From Azohydromonas lata NBRC 102462 (GTDB taxonomy: Bacteria; Pseudomonadota; Gammaproteobacteria; Burkholderiales; Burkholderiaceae_C): a DNA stretch of 49,716 bases. Positions 1 to 9,469 of the stretch are shown piece after piece. Location of the stretch: positions 1 through 49,716 of the forward strand of contig CAMCTE010000001.1 of assembly GCA_945878385.1 (NCBI GenBank), read 5' to 3'. The translations under genes and the position numbers were made by a program. Positions within the stretch are counted from its first letter, which is position 1, and each line of letters opens with the position of its first letter. A model generated the notes under the pieces. That model worked only from the letters and a program-made list of their open reading frames with translations, made no database searches and was not told the DNA's origin.

Positions 1-102
1 GCCCCAGAAGCGACACAACCGGGAGATTCCCCTGATGCGGCCTGCTCCATCGGCCTCACAGAATCCGCCGCAATTCCACGCCTTTGCAGGAGTACGGCGA
101 TC

Positions 103-1770
103 ATGGACAAACCTTGGCTTTCCCAATACCCGGCCGGCATTCCGGCTGACGTCAAAACCGACCTTTACCCTTCACTGGTCCAGTTGGTGGACCATGCCCT
201 GCGCACCCATGCCGACAAGCACGCCTATGTGTTCATGGGCAAGCGCTACACCTTCGGGCAAATTGATGCGTGGTCGCGCGCGATGGCGGCCTACTTACAG
301 TCGCTGGGCCTGGCCGCGGGGGACCGCGTGGCGGTAATGCTGCCCAATGTGCCGCAGTACCCTGTGGCGGTGGCGGGCATTCTGCGGGCGGGCTTGGTGG
401 TGGTGAATGTGAACCCGCTGTACACGCCGCGCGAACTGGAGCACCAGCTCAAGGATTCAGGCGCAAAGGCCATCATCATCCTGGAGAACTTTGCCGCCAC
501 CCTGCAACAGGTGCTGGACAAGGTACCGACGCAACATGTGGTGATGGCGGCCATGGGCGACCTGCTGGGCCTGGTGAAGGGCACAGTGGTGAACTATGTG
601 GTGCGCCATAAGCGCAAGCTGGTGCCGCCGTTTTCGCTGCCGCAGGCGGTAGGCTTCAAGGCTGCGATCAAACAGGGCAGTACCCGCGCAGTGAAGCCGG
701 CGGAGGTGGGCCCGGACGATGTGGCCGTGCTGCAGTACACCGGCGGCACCACCGGAGTAAGCAAAGGCGCGGTGCTGTTGCACCGCAACCTGGTGGCCAA
801 CTTGCTGCAGGCCGAAGCCTGGTATCAGCCGGCCTTGAAGAAGATTCCCGAAGGCGAGCAGATCGTGACCGTGTGCGCCCTGCCGCTGTATCACATCTTC
901 GCCTTCAACGCGAACATGCTGCTGGCCATGCACATGGGTGGCTGCAACATCCTGATTCCCAATGCGCGTGACATTCCTGCCCTGCTGAAGGCCCTGTCCA
1001 CCGAGCGCTTCCACAGCTTCCCGGCGGTGAACACGCTGTTCAATGCGATCGCCAACCACGCCGACTTTGGCACGGTGAACTGGAGTTCACTGAAGATCAG
1101 CGTGGGCGGCGGCATGGCGGTGCAAAGCGGCACGGCGCAACTTTGGCTGCAGAAGACGGGCTGCCCCATCATCGAGGCCTATGGTTTGTCGGAAACCTCG
1201 CCCGCGGCCACCTGCAACCCGGTAGATGCCACGGCCTGGACAGGCTCCATCGGCGTGCCGATGCCCAACACCGAGCTCACGCTGCTGGACGACGAGGGCC
1301 AACCGGTGCCGCTGGGCGAGCCTGGCGAAATCTGCATTCGCGGGCCGCAGGTGATGGCGGGCTATTGGCAGCGGCCAGATGAAACCGCCAAGGTGATGAC
1401 GGCCGAGGGCTATTTCCGCAGCGGTGACATCGGGGTGATGGATGCGCGCGGTTACTTCCGAATCGTGGACCGCAAGAAGGACATGATTCTGGTGAGCGGC
1501 TTCAATGTGTACCCCAATGAGATTGAGGATGTGCTGAGCCAGCACCCGGGCGTGCTGGAGGCCGCGGCCATCGGCGTGCCCGACGAGCATTCGGGCGAGG
1601 CGGTGAAGGTGGTGGTGGTCAAGCGCGATGCAGCGCTGACCGAAGACAGCGTGCGGCAGTGGTGCGAAACGCACCTGACCGGCTACAAGCGGCCGCGGGT
1701 GGTGGAGTTCCGCAGCGAACTTCCCAAGACGCCGGTGGGCAAGATTCTGCGGCGGGAGTTGCGGGGTTGA
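103..1770 (+). CDS. fadD: Long-chain-fatty-acid--CoA ligase (AMP-dependent synthetase/ligase family)
   Basis: 555-aa ORF with AMP-binding motif YTGGTTGVSKGA and C-terminal GKILRRELR typical of acyl-CoA synthetases. AGGAG lies about 10 nt upstream of the ATG. Confidence 0.9.
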   Translation: MDKPWLSQYPAGIPADVKTDLYPSLVQLVDHALRTHADKHAYVFMGKRYTFGQIDAWSRAMAAYLQSLGLAAGDRVAVMLPNVPQYPVAVAGILRAGLVVVNVNPLYTPRELEHQLKDSGAKAIIILENFAATLQQVLDKVPTQHVVMAAMGDLLGLVKGTVVNYVVRHKRKLVPPFSLPQAVGFKAAIKQGSTRAVKPAEVGPDDVAVLQYTGGTTGVSKGAVLLHRNLVANLLQAEAWYQPALKKIPEGEQIVTVCALPLYHIFAFNANMLLAMHMGGCNILIPNARDIPALLKALSTERFHSFPAVNTLFNAIANHADFGTVNWSSLKISVGGGMAVQSGTAQLWLQKTGCPIIEAYGLSETSPAATCNPVDATAWTGSIGVPMPNTELTLLDDEGQPVPLGEPGEICIRGPQVMAGYWQRPDETAKVMTAEGYFRSGDIGVMDARGYFRIVDRKKDMILVSGFNVYPNEIEDVLSQHPGVLEAAAIGVPDEHSGEAVKVVVVKRDAALTEDSVRQWCETHLTGYKRPRVVEFRSELPKTPVGKILRRELRG

Positions 1771-1783
1771 GCCAGACTGAACG

Positions 1784-2536
1784 GTGCCGCCTGTGAGCGC
1801 CGCGCCGCTGGGCATCGTCAGCGCCCTGCCCGATGAGTTGGCAGCGCTGTTGGCCCTGGTGGACAAGCCCACTTCCGCGACCGTGGCGGGCCGCGCGCTG
1901 TACCGCGGCCACCTGCACGGCCGCGAGGTGGTGCTGACGCTGTGCGGCATCGGGAAGGTGGCTGCGGCGTTGACGACCACGCTGCTGATCGAACGCATGG
2001 GCGTGCGCGGGCTGTTGTTCACCGGTGTGGCCGGGGGTTTGGGCGCCCAGGTGCGTGTGGGCGATGTGGTGGTGGCGCGCACGCTGTTGCAACATGACAT
2101 GGACGCCTCGCCCTTGTTCCCGCGGCACCAGATTCCAGACTTGGGCCTGGAAGAATTGCCCACGGATGGGGCCTTGCGTGCGGCGTTGCGGGCAGCGGCG
2201 CAGGAGGTGGTGCGGCGCCCGCCGGCAGCAGTGGAGGCCTTTGGCCTGCAGGCACCGGCCGTGCACGAAGGGCTGGTGGTCAGTGGGGACCGGTTCGTGT
2301 CGAGCTCGGCCGAAAGTACCGCCTTGGCTGCACGCCTGCCACATGCTTTGGCGGTGGAGATGGAAGGCGCGGCCATGGCGCAGGTGTGCGCGGCGTATGC
2401 GCTGCCATGCGCGGTGCTGCGCACGATTTCTGACCGGGCCGATGACCAAGCGCATGTGGACTTCCCGCGCTTTCTGGCCGAAGTGGCCTCGCCCATGAGC
2501 CGGGAGATTGTGGGCTTGGCGCTTCAGCGCCTGTAG
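1784..2536 (+). CDS. mtnN: 5'-methylthioadenosine/S-adenosylhomocysteine nucleosidase
   Basis: 250-aa ORF with a GTG start. PNP/UDP-1 family motifs GIGKVAAA, VEMEGAA and RTISDRAD are present. Confidence 0.85.
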   Translation: MPPVSAAPLGIVSALPDELAALLALVDKPTSATVAGRALYRGHLHGREVVLTLCGIGKVAAALTTTLLIERMGVRGLLFTGVAGGLGAQVRVGDVVVARTLLQHDMDASPLFPRHQIPDLGLEELPTDGALRAALRAAAQEVVRRPPAAVEAFGLQAPAVHEGLVVSGDRFVSSSAESTALAARLPHALAVEMEGAAMAQVCAAYALPCAVLRTISDRADDQAHVDFPRFLAEVASPMSREIVGLALQRL

Positions 2537-2587
2537 CGGTTGGCAGCGCGCGGGCCTGGCGAGTGGGGCATCATCGGGGGCTTGGAT

Positions 2588-3409
2588 ATGCCGCCCATGA
2601 GCCCCCGCCCCTCCAGCCCTCGCCTCTTCGTGGACCGAACTTGCGGCGAACCCACTTGGGCCGCCGGCCTGGAATTGGAGCTCCCGAGCGTGGCGGCACG
2701 GCATGTGCAGGTGCTGCGCCTGCAGCCTGGTTCCGAGCTGACCCTGTTCGATGGGCGCGGTGGCCAGTGGGCTGCCACCGTTGTGCGCATGGGCCGCAGC
2801 GATGTGGCTGTGCGCCTGTTGAACCACGAAGCGGTGGAGCGGGAACTGCCCCTGGCGGTGACGCTGGCCGTGTGCATGCCGGCCAATGACCGCATGGACG
2901 ACCTGGTGGAAAAGGCCACCGAGCTGGGCGCGGCCGCCATCGTGCCTTTGGTGAGCGAGCGGTCGGTGCTGCGCCTGAGTGGCGACCGCGCCGCCAAGCG
3001 CCAGGTGCATTGGCAGGCAGTGGCGGTGGCCGCGAGTGAACAAAGTGGGCGCAACCGCGTGCCCGTGGTGCACCCGGTGCAGGGCTTGGATGCGTTTCTG
3101 GGGCAGGCGAATGGCGAGGGTGAATGCGAAGTGATCGTTCGCTGCCAGTTGAGCCTGGCGCCCACGGCGACGGCGCTTGGGCAGGCCTTGGAACATTCAT
3201 CAGATGGCGCCTCAATGAAAGCGAACGCTCACATCACCCTGCTCAGCGGCCCCGAAGGCGGGCTGTCTGCGGGTGAGCAGGACCGAGCCCAGCAGGCCGG
3301 TTTTCGCCCCGTGAGCCTGGGCCCCCGCACCCTGCGGGCCGACACGGCACCGCTGGCCGCCTTGGCGGCGATCGGCGTGTTCGCCTTGGCTGGAGGCCCT
3401 GACCGGTGA
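2588..3409 (+). CDS. rsmE: 16S rRNA (uracil1498-N3)-methyltransferase RsmE
   Basis: N-terminal PRLFV and C-terminal LLSGPEGGLS motifs typical of RsmE. The longest ORF begins at a TTG at 2540. The ATG at 2588 with a G-rich stretch upstream is preferred, but the start is uncertain. Confidence 0.8.
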   Translation: MPPMSPRPSSPRLFVDRTCGEPTWAAGLELELPSVAARHVQVLRLQPGSELTLFDGRGGQWAATVVRMGRSDVAVRLLNHEAVERELPLAVTLAVCMPANDRMDDLVEKATELGAAAIVPLVSERSVLRLSGDRAAKRQVHWQAVAVAASEQSGRNRVPVVHPVQGLDAFLGQANGEGECEVIVRCQLSLAPTATALGQALEHSSDGASMKANAHITLLSGPEGGLSAGEQDRAQQAGFRPVSLGPRTLRADTAPLAALAAIGVFALAGGPDR

Positions 3410-4569
3410 ACCTGCGCCTGGCACTCCTGGTGTTCTGCCAGGGCCTGTTCATGACGAACAACGTCACCTTCATCGCCATCAACGGCCTCGTGGGGTTCGC
3501 GCTGGCGCCGGCGGCCTGGATGGCCACCCTGCCGGTGACCGGCTATGTGGCCGGGGGAGCGCTGGCCACCGGCCTCGTGGGGCGGCACCAGCGGCAATAT
3601 GGGCGACAGAAGACCTTCATGATCGGGTTGGTGGTGGCCATCCTGAGTGCGGGCGCATGTGCCTGGGCGGCCGTGACGAAGGACTTCTGGCTGCTGAACC
3701 TGGCCACGCTGGCAGCCGGCTACTACAACGCCAACGGCGCGCTGTACCGGTTTGCGGCGGTGGAGCTGGTGGACGAATCGCACAAGGAGAAGGCGATTTC
3801 CTGGGTGCTGGCCGGTGGCGTGATGGGCGCCGTGGCGGGGCCGAATTTGGCCTCGGGTGCACGCGATGCGCTGGCCGGAGCGCCGTTTGCCGGGGCGTAT
3901 GTGGCGCTGATGGGCGTGGGCCTGCTGGGCCTCTTGGTGATGTCGCGGATTTCGTTTCCGGCGCTGCCCGGGCAGGGGCTTTCAACGCCGCAGGGCAGGC
4001 CCTTGGGCGAGATCGTCCGGCAGCCGGTGTTCATCATTGCAGCCGCGGGATGCGCCATCGGCTACGGCATCATGAACCTGCTGATGGCGGCCACGCCGAT
4101 TGCGATGGCGCAGTGCTCGCACCCCTTCAAGGAGGCCGCCTTCGTGCTGGAGTGGCATGTGCTGGGCATGTTCGTGCCGAGCTTCTTCACGGGCAAGCTG
4201 ATCAAGCGCTTCGGGGTGCTGCCGGTGATGACGGTGGGCCTGGCGCTCAATGTGTTCTGCGTGGCCTTTGCGCTGTCGGGCGACGACGTGATGCACTTCT
4301 TCTGGGCGTTGTTGGCCTTGGGGGTGGGGTGGAACTTCCTGTACATCGGGGGCAGCACGCTGGCGACGAAAGCCTGGGCGCCAGAAGAAAGGACGCGGGC
4401 ACAGGCCGCGCTGGACTTCTGCGTGTACGCGACGATGACGCTGACCTCGTTCAGCTCGGGCGCGCTGGTGACCACCGGGGGGTGGACCTCAATGAACCTG
4501 GGGGCCTTGTTGCCGCTGGCGATGATGGGGGCGGCGCTGCTGTGGTTGAAGCGCTTGGGTCGACTGTAA
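3406..4569 (+). CDS. MFS transporter
   Basis: 387-aa polytopic hydrophobic ORF with about 12 TM-like segments. The GTG start overlaps the rsmE stop (GTGA). Substrate unknown. Confidence 0.85.
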   Translation: MNLRLALLVFCQGLFMTNNVTFIAINGLVGFALAPAAWMATLPVTGYVAGGALATGLVGRHQRQYGRQKTFMIGLVVAILSAGACAWAAVTKDFWLLNLATLAAGYYNANGALYRFAAVELVDESHKEKAISWVLAGGVMGAVAGPNLASGARDALAGAPFAGAYVALMGVGLLGLLVMSRISFPALPGQGLSTPQGRPLGEIVRQPVFIIAAAGCAIGYGIMNLLMAATPIAMAQCSHPFKEAAFVLEWHVLGMFVPSFFTGKLIKRFGVLPVMTVGLALNVFCVAFALSGDDVMHFFWALLALGVGWNFLYIGGSTLATKAWAPEERTRAQAALDFCVYATMTLTSFSSGALVTTGGWTSMNLGALLPLAMMGAALLWLKRLGRL

Positions 4570-4575
4570 AAGCCA

Positions 4576-4899
4576 TCAGGCCAAGACCTGCAAGCCGTGC
4601 TTCTCGACGATGGTCAGCAACTTCAGCGCCATCCCGCTGGGTCGCTTGGTGCCTGCTTCCCACTTTTGAATCGTCGATTCGCTGGTGTTGAGATAACGGG
4701 CAAAGACCGGTTGGCTGACATGAGACCGCTCACGAATTCGCTTGATGTGCGCCGCCGAGATTTGCCGAGGCACCGCGAGGCAGGCCTCGTCGAATTCACG
4801 CATGGTGGCCTTGTCGATAGTGCCGATGCGGTGAAGGCCACGGGCAGCGTCGTGGATGGCTTCAAACGCGTCGCTTTTGAACTTCGTCTTGTGGGTCAT
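4576..4899 (-). CDS. XRE-family HTH antitoxin (COG2944/MqsA-HigA-like)
   Basis: 107 aa from the ATG at 4899, with GGAG 10 nt upstream. The HTH segment SQPVFARYLNTSESTIQKWEAGTKRPSG is typical of XRE antitoxins. It overlaps the upstream toxin ORF by 38 nt. Confidence 0.8.
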   Translation of the reverse strand: MTHKTKFKSDAFEAIHDAARGLHRIGTIDKATMREFDEACLAVPRQISAAHIKRIRERSHVSQPVFARYLNTSESTIQKWEAGTKRPSGMALKLLTIVEKHGLQVLA

Positions 4900-5275
4900 C
4901 CTTGAGCTCCTGCAGATCGCCCTTATCCAACGCCTGTGCGAGTTCCCACTCCTTAATACTGGCATAGGCCACCGCCAGCTTTCGGAACGCTTTCAATTCG
5001 CCAGCATCGATGCTGGCCCGGTCTTTCTTGGCGTACAGAAACGCAAACACCAGTAGGGGCCCCGCTTTTGCCAAGACGATCGACCGGTGGCGGTTGTCGT
5101 TCAAGCGCTTCTTGAACACGCCGCCGCCGAGGTCATCGGCTTGGCCTCGCATCAACTCCTGAGCGGCCCGCAACAAATCGCCGTCGCGGATGCGGGCCTT
5201 TCGGGCGGCCTTGGAGAACCACGCTGTCTTGAAGACCCGCAGGACGTCTGACTCATCACTCGACGCTACTAGCAC
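4862..5275 (-). CDS. RelE/HigB-like type II toxin (COG4737 / DUF1044-type)
   Basis: 137-aa ORF with a GTG start. FKTAWFSKAARK ... GGGVFKKRL ... RSIVLAK ... FAFLYAKKDRASI matches my recollection of this RelE-like family. It is encoded upstream of its HTH partner (toxin-first order). Confidence 0.7.
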   Translation of the reverse strand: MLVASSDESDVLRVFKTAWFSKAARKARIRDGDLLRAAQELMRGQADDLGGGVFKKRLNDNRHRSIVLAKAGPLLVFAFLYAKKDRASIDAGELKAFRKLAVAYASIKEWELAQALDKGDLQELKDDPQDEVQKRRV

Positions 5276-5281
5276 CAGGTG

Positions 5282-5986
5282 CTACTTTACGCGAGGACCG
5301 GCATGAAGATCAAGAACGGTTGGGACGGGCTCAGAACCTTGTCGACCTTCGGATTCGAGCAGACGACTTCTGGCCTCCCACACCTGCAGAGCCTGCTTGC
5401 GAGCGGCGCCCCAGCGGTACTGCCCGATCTCAGCCGATTCGCGGATGACGCGGTGGCAAGGGACCAGTACCGCAACCGTGTTCGAGGCCATGGCCGTGCC
5501 CACGGCGCGTGCGGCGGTTGGTTGGCCGCAGCGACGCGCCAGCTCCGAGTAAGACAGCACGCGCCCAGGCTCGGTCCGAATCAAGGCCTCCCAGACCTTG
5601 AGCTGAAAGGGTGAGCCGCGCAGCAGCAGATGGGCGCGGGGTTTGTTGGCAAAGGCCTGAGCGAGCACCTGGGTGACCGCAGGTTCATCGTGCACCCATT
5701 GGGCCTGCGGCCAAAGCGATCGCATTTCCTGTTCGTGCGCGGGGTTCGGGGTGTCGCTGAGGCTCAAGTGACACACCCCGCGAGGCGACACGGCGCACAG
5801 GCCCCACCCCACCAGCGTGGCGGCCCAACCCCACTGCAGGCGCAGGCCGGCCCCGCCTTGACGGGCCTCACCGGGAGTCATGGCTTCCCAGGTGATGAGC
5901 GGGTCCGTCAGACGGTTGCTGCTCCTAGGTCCTGATTCCTGAGGAGAGTCCACGGACCCGTGCAGTTCCATCGTCGTTGAGTTCAT
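5282..5986 (-). CDS. ogt: Methylated-DNA--protein-cysteine methyltransferase
   Basis: Active-site PCHRV motif inside VLVPCHRVI, and FQLKVWEALIRTEPGRVLSYSELA DNA-binding-domain signature. The N-terminal start is uncertain because several in-frame Met codons exist. Confidence 0.85.
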   Translation of the reverse strand: MNSTTMELHGSVDSPQESGPRSSNRLTDPLITWEAMTPGEARQGGAGLRLQWGWAATLVGWGLCAVSPRGVCHLSLSDTPNPAHEQEMRSLWPQAQWVHDEPAVTQVLAQAFANKPRAHLLLRGSPFQLKVWEALIRTEPGRVLSYSELARRCGQPTAARAVGTAMASNTVAVLVPCHRVIRESAEIGQYRWGAARKQALQVWEARSRLLESEGRQGSEPVPTVLDLHAGPRVK

Positions 5987-6071
5987 ACCTGACAGTGTGC
6001 CGCTTCAAAACGGAGGTGGCGACCCGCTTCTTGCGGTGTGGCGCGCCCTCTTGACAGGGTAGGCTGGGCCT

Positions 6072-6473
6072 TCAGGTCCCCAGCAGGGCAGACCACAGCG
6101 CATGCCCGAGCAGGCGATGAGGCAGCAAAGTGAACAAGCCGGTGACGATCAGACCCCAGGCGTAGGTACCCGCCATGATGTGGCGGTGCAGGCGCAGACG
6201 ACCGGTTCGGGCAGCCCACACGCCGGCGGTCAGCATCACCAGCGTGAAGACCGACAGGCCATGGATCCAGGAAAAGGCCTCGCGGTAAATGCCGAACGAA
6301 GACAGCGCCGTGAAGCCCATCAGCAGCACCCAGGCACGACCCATCCACCGGTGTGCATCGGTGCCCTTTCGGCGCAGCAATACGGCCACGCCCATCACCA
6401 CGGCGGCCGCTGCGATACCTGCGTGGGTGGCGATGAGGGGTGTCCAGCTGTAGATCGGTGCGGCAAGGCTCAT
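6072..6473 (-). CDS. Small integral membrane protein (about 4 TM, DUF2306-like)
   Basis: 133-aa hydrophobic ORF in the same orientation as its neighbours. The family assignment is from memory only. Confidence 0.6.
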   Translation of the reverse strand: MSLAAPIYSWTPLIATHAGIAAAAVVMGVAVLLRRKGTDAHRWMGRAWVLLMGFTALSSFGIYREAFSWIHGLSVFTLVMLTAGVWAARTGRLRLHRHIMAGTYAWGLIVTGLFTLLPHRLLGHALWSALLGT

Positions 6474-6502
6474 GGGTGGTTCGGATGGTCAAGCCACACG
6501 CT

Positions 6503-7735
6503 TCAACGCGCCGAGCCCGCCACCATGTCGAAACGGAACAGGCGGCATTCGATGGGGCCGTTGAACATGGGCACGCGGCGGCTTTCCTTCAGGCGCATCA
6601 GGCTGGGCAGCTTGAGCTCGGGCGTGAGCACCCAGGCCGACCAACCGGCGTACTGGCGCTTCCACTGCGCGGCCAGGCCTTCGTAGAAGGCCGAGGCGTT
6701 GCCCTCCTCGAACTGTTCGCGGCTGCTCTCGCCCTGGCCGCTTCCCTTGGCCGCGATGCGTTCACCATAGGGCGGGTTCATGACGATGACACCGTTGGCG
6801 GCCGGCGCCGGGCGCTGCAATGCATCGGCCGTCTTGAATTGAATCGCATGCGCCACGCCGGCGCGCTCGGCATTGCGTTGGGCGAAGTCGGTCATGCGAA
6901 AGCTGACATCACCGGCGTGCACGGCCACGCGCGGCGCGTGGATGGCCGCGCGCGCTTGCGCCTTCAGGCGCTGCCAGTCCGGCAAGTGCGCCCGGAAAGG
7001 GGCCAACTTCTCAAACGCGAAGGCACGCTGCAGGCCGGGTGCCATGCCGCAGGCCATTTGCGCAGCCTCGATGGCGATGGTGCCGGCGCCACAGCAGGGG
7101 TCCAGCAGAGGGCCGTCTTCTTCACGGCCCTGCCACCCAGCGGCCGCCAGCATGGCCGCGGCCAGGGTTTCTTTCAGCGGGGCCTCGCCCTTCACATCCA
7201 CACGGCCACCGCGCGCGTCGCGCCAACCGCGCTTGAACAGCGCCTCGCCACTGAGGTCCACATAGAGCATGAAGTCTTCGGGGCCCAGGTGCAGAACCAG
7301 CGGCAAGTGCGGGCGCTGCGTGTCCACACTGGGGCGCGCGCCGGCTTTTTCGCGCAGCACGTCGCACACCGCATCCTTGATGCGCAGGGTGGCGAAGTTC
7401 AGGCTCTTCAGGGGGCTGCGCCAGGCGCTGGTGTCCACGCGCAGGGTTTGATCGGGCGTGATCCAAGTGGGCCAGTCAACTTCACACGCGGCGCGGTAGA
7501 GGTCGTGTTCGTCGCGGTAGCCATTCCCACGCACAGGCCACAGCACGCGCTGGGCCAGGCGGCTGTGCAGGTTCAGGCGCATGGCCTCCACAGGGCCAGC
7601 GGTGACGCACACGCCGCCGCGGCGTTCATCAACGGGCGTGCCATCGGGCAGCAGGGCCCGGCATTCGGCTGCCAGCAGGGGCTCCACGCCTTGTGCGCAG
7701 GGCAGGTAGATCGGGGCGCTGAGGTCTAGGGGCAT
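6503..7735 (-). CDS. THUMP-domain class I SAM-dependent RNA methyltransferase (RlmL-like, 23S rRNA m2G type)
   Basis: 410-aa ORF with the NPPYGERI catalytic motif and the DPCCGAGTI SAM-binding motif after an N-terminal THUMP-like region. Confidence 0.8.
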   Translation of the reverse strand: MPLDLSAPIYLPCAQGVEPLLAAECRALLPDGTPVDERRGGVCVTAGPVEAMRLNLHSRLAQRVLWPVRGNGYRDEHDLYRAACEVDWPTWITPDQTLRVDTSAWRSPLKSLNFATLRIKDAVCDVLREKAGARPSVDTQRPHLPLVLHLGPEDFMLYVDLSGEALFKRGWRDARGGRVDVKGEAPLKETLAAAMLAAAGWQGREEDGPLLDPCCGAGTIAIEAAQMACGMAPGLQRAFAFEKLAPFRAHLPDWQRLKAQARAAIHAPRVAVHAGDVSFRMTDFAQRNAERAGVAHAIQFKTADALQRPAPAANGVIVMNPPYGERIAAKGSGQGESSREQFEEGNASAFYEGLAAQWKRQYAGWSAWVLTPELKLPSLMRLKESRRVPMFNGPIECRLFRFDMVAGSAR

Positions 7736-7804
7736 GGGGGTGGCGCAAGCGCCTGAGACGAATGCGTGAAAGTGGGGGGCAGCAGCTGGCTGGGCGCAGG
7801 GGCT

Positions 7805-9448
7805 TCAGATCGTCTTGCGCAGGCTGGCCGGCGCAATCTTGAGCGCCTCGCGGTACTTGGCCACGGTGCGCCGCGCCACCTGGATGCCCTGCTCGGCCAG
7901 CATGTCCGAAAGAAAGTTGTCCGACAGCGGCTTTTTGGGGTCTTCGGCAGCGATGAACTGTTTGATGAGGGCGCGCACGGCGGTGCTGGACGCATTACCG
8001 CCAGCTTCGGTGTTCAACGAGGAGCCGAAGAAGTATTTGAGTTCGTAGGTGCCGAACGGAGTGGCCATGTACTTGGCCGTGGTCACCCGCGAGATCGTGC
8101 TTTCGTGCAGGCTGAGTTCATCGGCGATTTCGCGCAGCACCAGTGGCTTCATCGCAATCTCGCCATGGGTGAAGAAGTTCTTCTGCCTCTCAGCAATGGC
8201 GGACGACACACGCAGGATAGTATCGAAGCGCTGCTGAATGTTCTTCATGAACCAGCGCGCTTCCTGCAGGTGGCTGGACAGCGGCGAAGCATTCTTGCCG
8301 CGGCCCTTGAGGGCACCGGCGTAAAGCTCGTTGATGCGCAACTTGGGCATCACATCGGGGTTGAGCACCACGCGAAAGCCGCGGCCGGCGCGCTGAATGA
8401 TCACATCGGGAATCACGATGGCGCCCACATCAGAGGCGAAGGCACGGCCGGGCTTGGGGTCGCATTCGCGGATGAGCTGCTGCGCCCAACGCAGGTCTTG
8501 TTCATCGCAGCCGGTGGCGGCCATGAGCTTTTTGGTGTCGCGCTTGGCCAGCAGGTCCAGGTGCCGCTCCACGATCAACAACGCCAGCTCCTGCTCGGGG
8601 TTGGGCGTCATGGCGCGCAACTGCAGGGTGAGGCACTCGGGCAGGTTGCGCGCGCCCACGCCCACCGGGTCCAGGGCCTGCAGCCACTTGAGGGCGCAGT
8701 TCAGGCGCTCGAGCAGTTCTTCGAGCGCGGGGTTGTCTTCAACCGCGACTTCCGCTTCGGTCTGGGCGGTGTCATCGGCGCCCTCGCCCGCGGCTTCATC
8801 AGCGGATGCGGACAGGCCCAACAGCGCGCGCGCGATGTCGTCCAGCGCATCGACCAGCCAGCCGTCTTCATTGAGCGAATCGATGAGCACCTGCACCGCC
8901 GCGCGGTCGGGGGCCGACAACCGCATGCCGGCCAACTGGGATTGCAGGTGTTCGGCCAGGGTGATGAGGCCGCTGTCCTGGTCACTGGGGCTGTCTTCGT
9001 CGTCGCGGCTGACGCCACTGCCGCTGCCGGTGAGACTGGGCAGTTCGCGGATGCCGTCGAAGTCGTCGGATTCGGTGCCGTTTTCCCATTCGGACTGGGC
9101 CGTGGTGCCGAAGTCGGCATCGGCCAGCCCGCTGGGCTCGCCGGATTCCCACTCCGCGCTGGCTTCCGCGGTGGAGGCTGCGGGCACTTCGTCGCCCGTG
9201 GCCGAGCCTTCGCTTCGTTCGCGCAGGCGCTCGGGGGCCGCGGCTTCAGCGCGCGCAGAAGCATCCATCGAGGCCTCGAACGACGAGGGCGCGTCGTCCT
9301 CCAGTTCCAGGAAGGGGTTGGCCTCCAGCATCTGGCCCACCTCCTGCTGCAGCTCCAGCGTGGACAACTGCAGCAGCCGGATGGACTGCTGAAGCTGCGG
9401 CGTCAGCGCCAGGTGCTGCGACAGCCGGACTTGAAGCGAAGTCTTCAT
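7805..9448 (-). CDS. rpoN: RNA polymerase sigma-54 factor
   Basis: N-terminal LALTPQLQQSIRLLQLSTLEL, an acidic region II, and the C-terminal RpoN box ARRTVAKYRE. Confidence 0.95.
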   Translation of the reverse strand: MKTSLQVRLSQHLALTPQLQQSIRLLQLSTLELQQEVGQMLEANPFLELEDDAPSSFEASMDASARAEAAAPERLRERSEGSATGDEVPAASTAEASAEWESGEPSGLADADFGTTAQSEWENGTESDDFDGIRELPSLTGSGSGVSRDDEDSPSDQDSGLITLAEHLQSQLAGMRLSAPDRAAVQVLIDSLNEDGWLVDALDDIARALLGLSASADEAAGEGADDTAQTEAEVAVEDNPALEELLERLNCALKWLQALDPVGVGARNLPECLTLQLRAMTPNPEQELALLIVERHLDLLAKRDTKKLMAATGCDEQDLRWAQQLIRECDPKPGRAFASDVGAIVIPDVIIQRAGRGFRVVLNPDVMPKLRINELYAGALKGRGKNASPLSSHLQEARWFMKNIQQRFDTILRVSSAIAERQKNFFTHGEIAMKPLVLREIADELSLHESTISRVTTAKYMATPFGTYELKYFFGSSLNTEAGGNASSTAVRALIKQFIAAEDPKKPLSDNFLSDMLAEQGIQVARRTVAKYREALKIAPASLRKTI

Positions 9449-9469
9449 GGCCGCGCGCTCATGCCGGGT

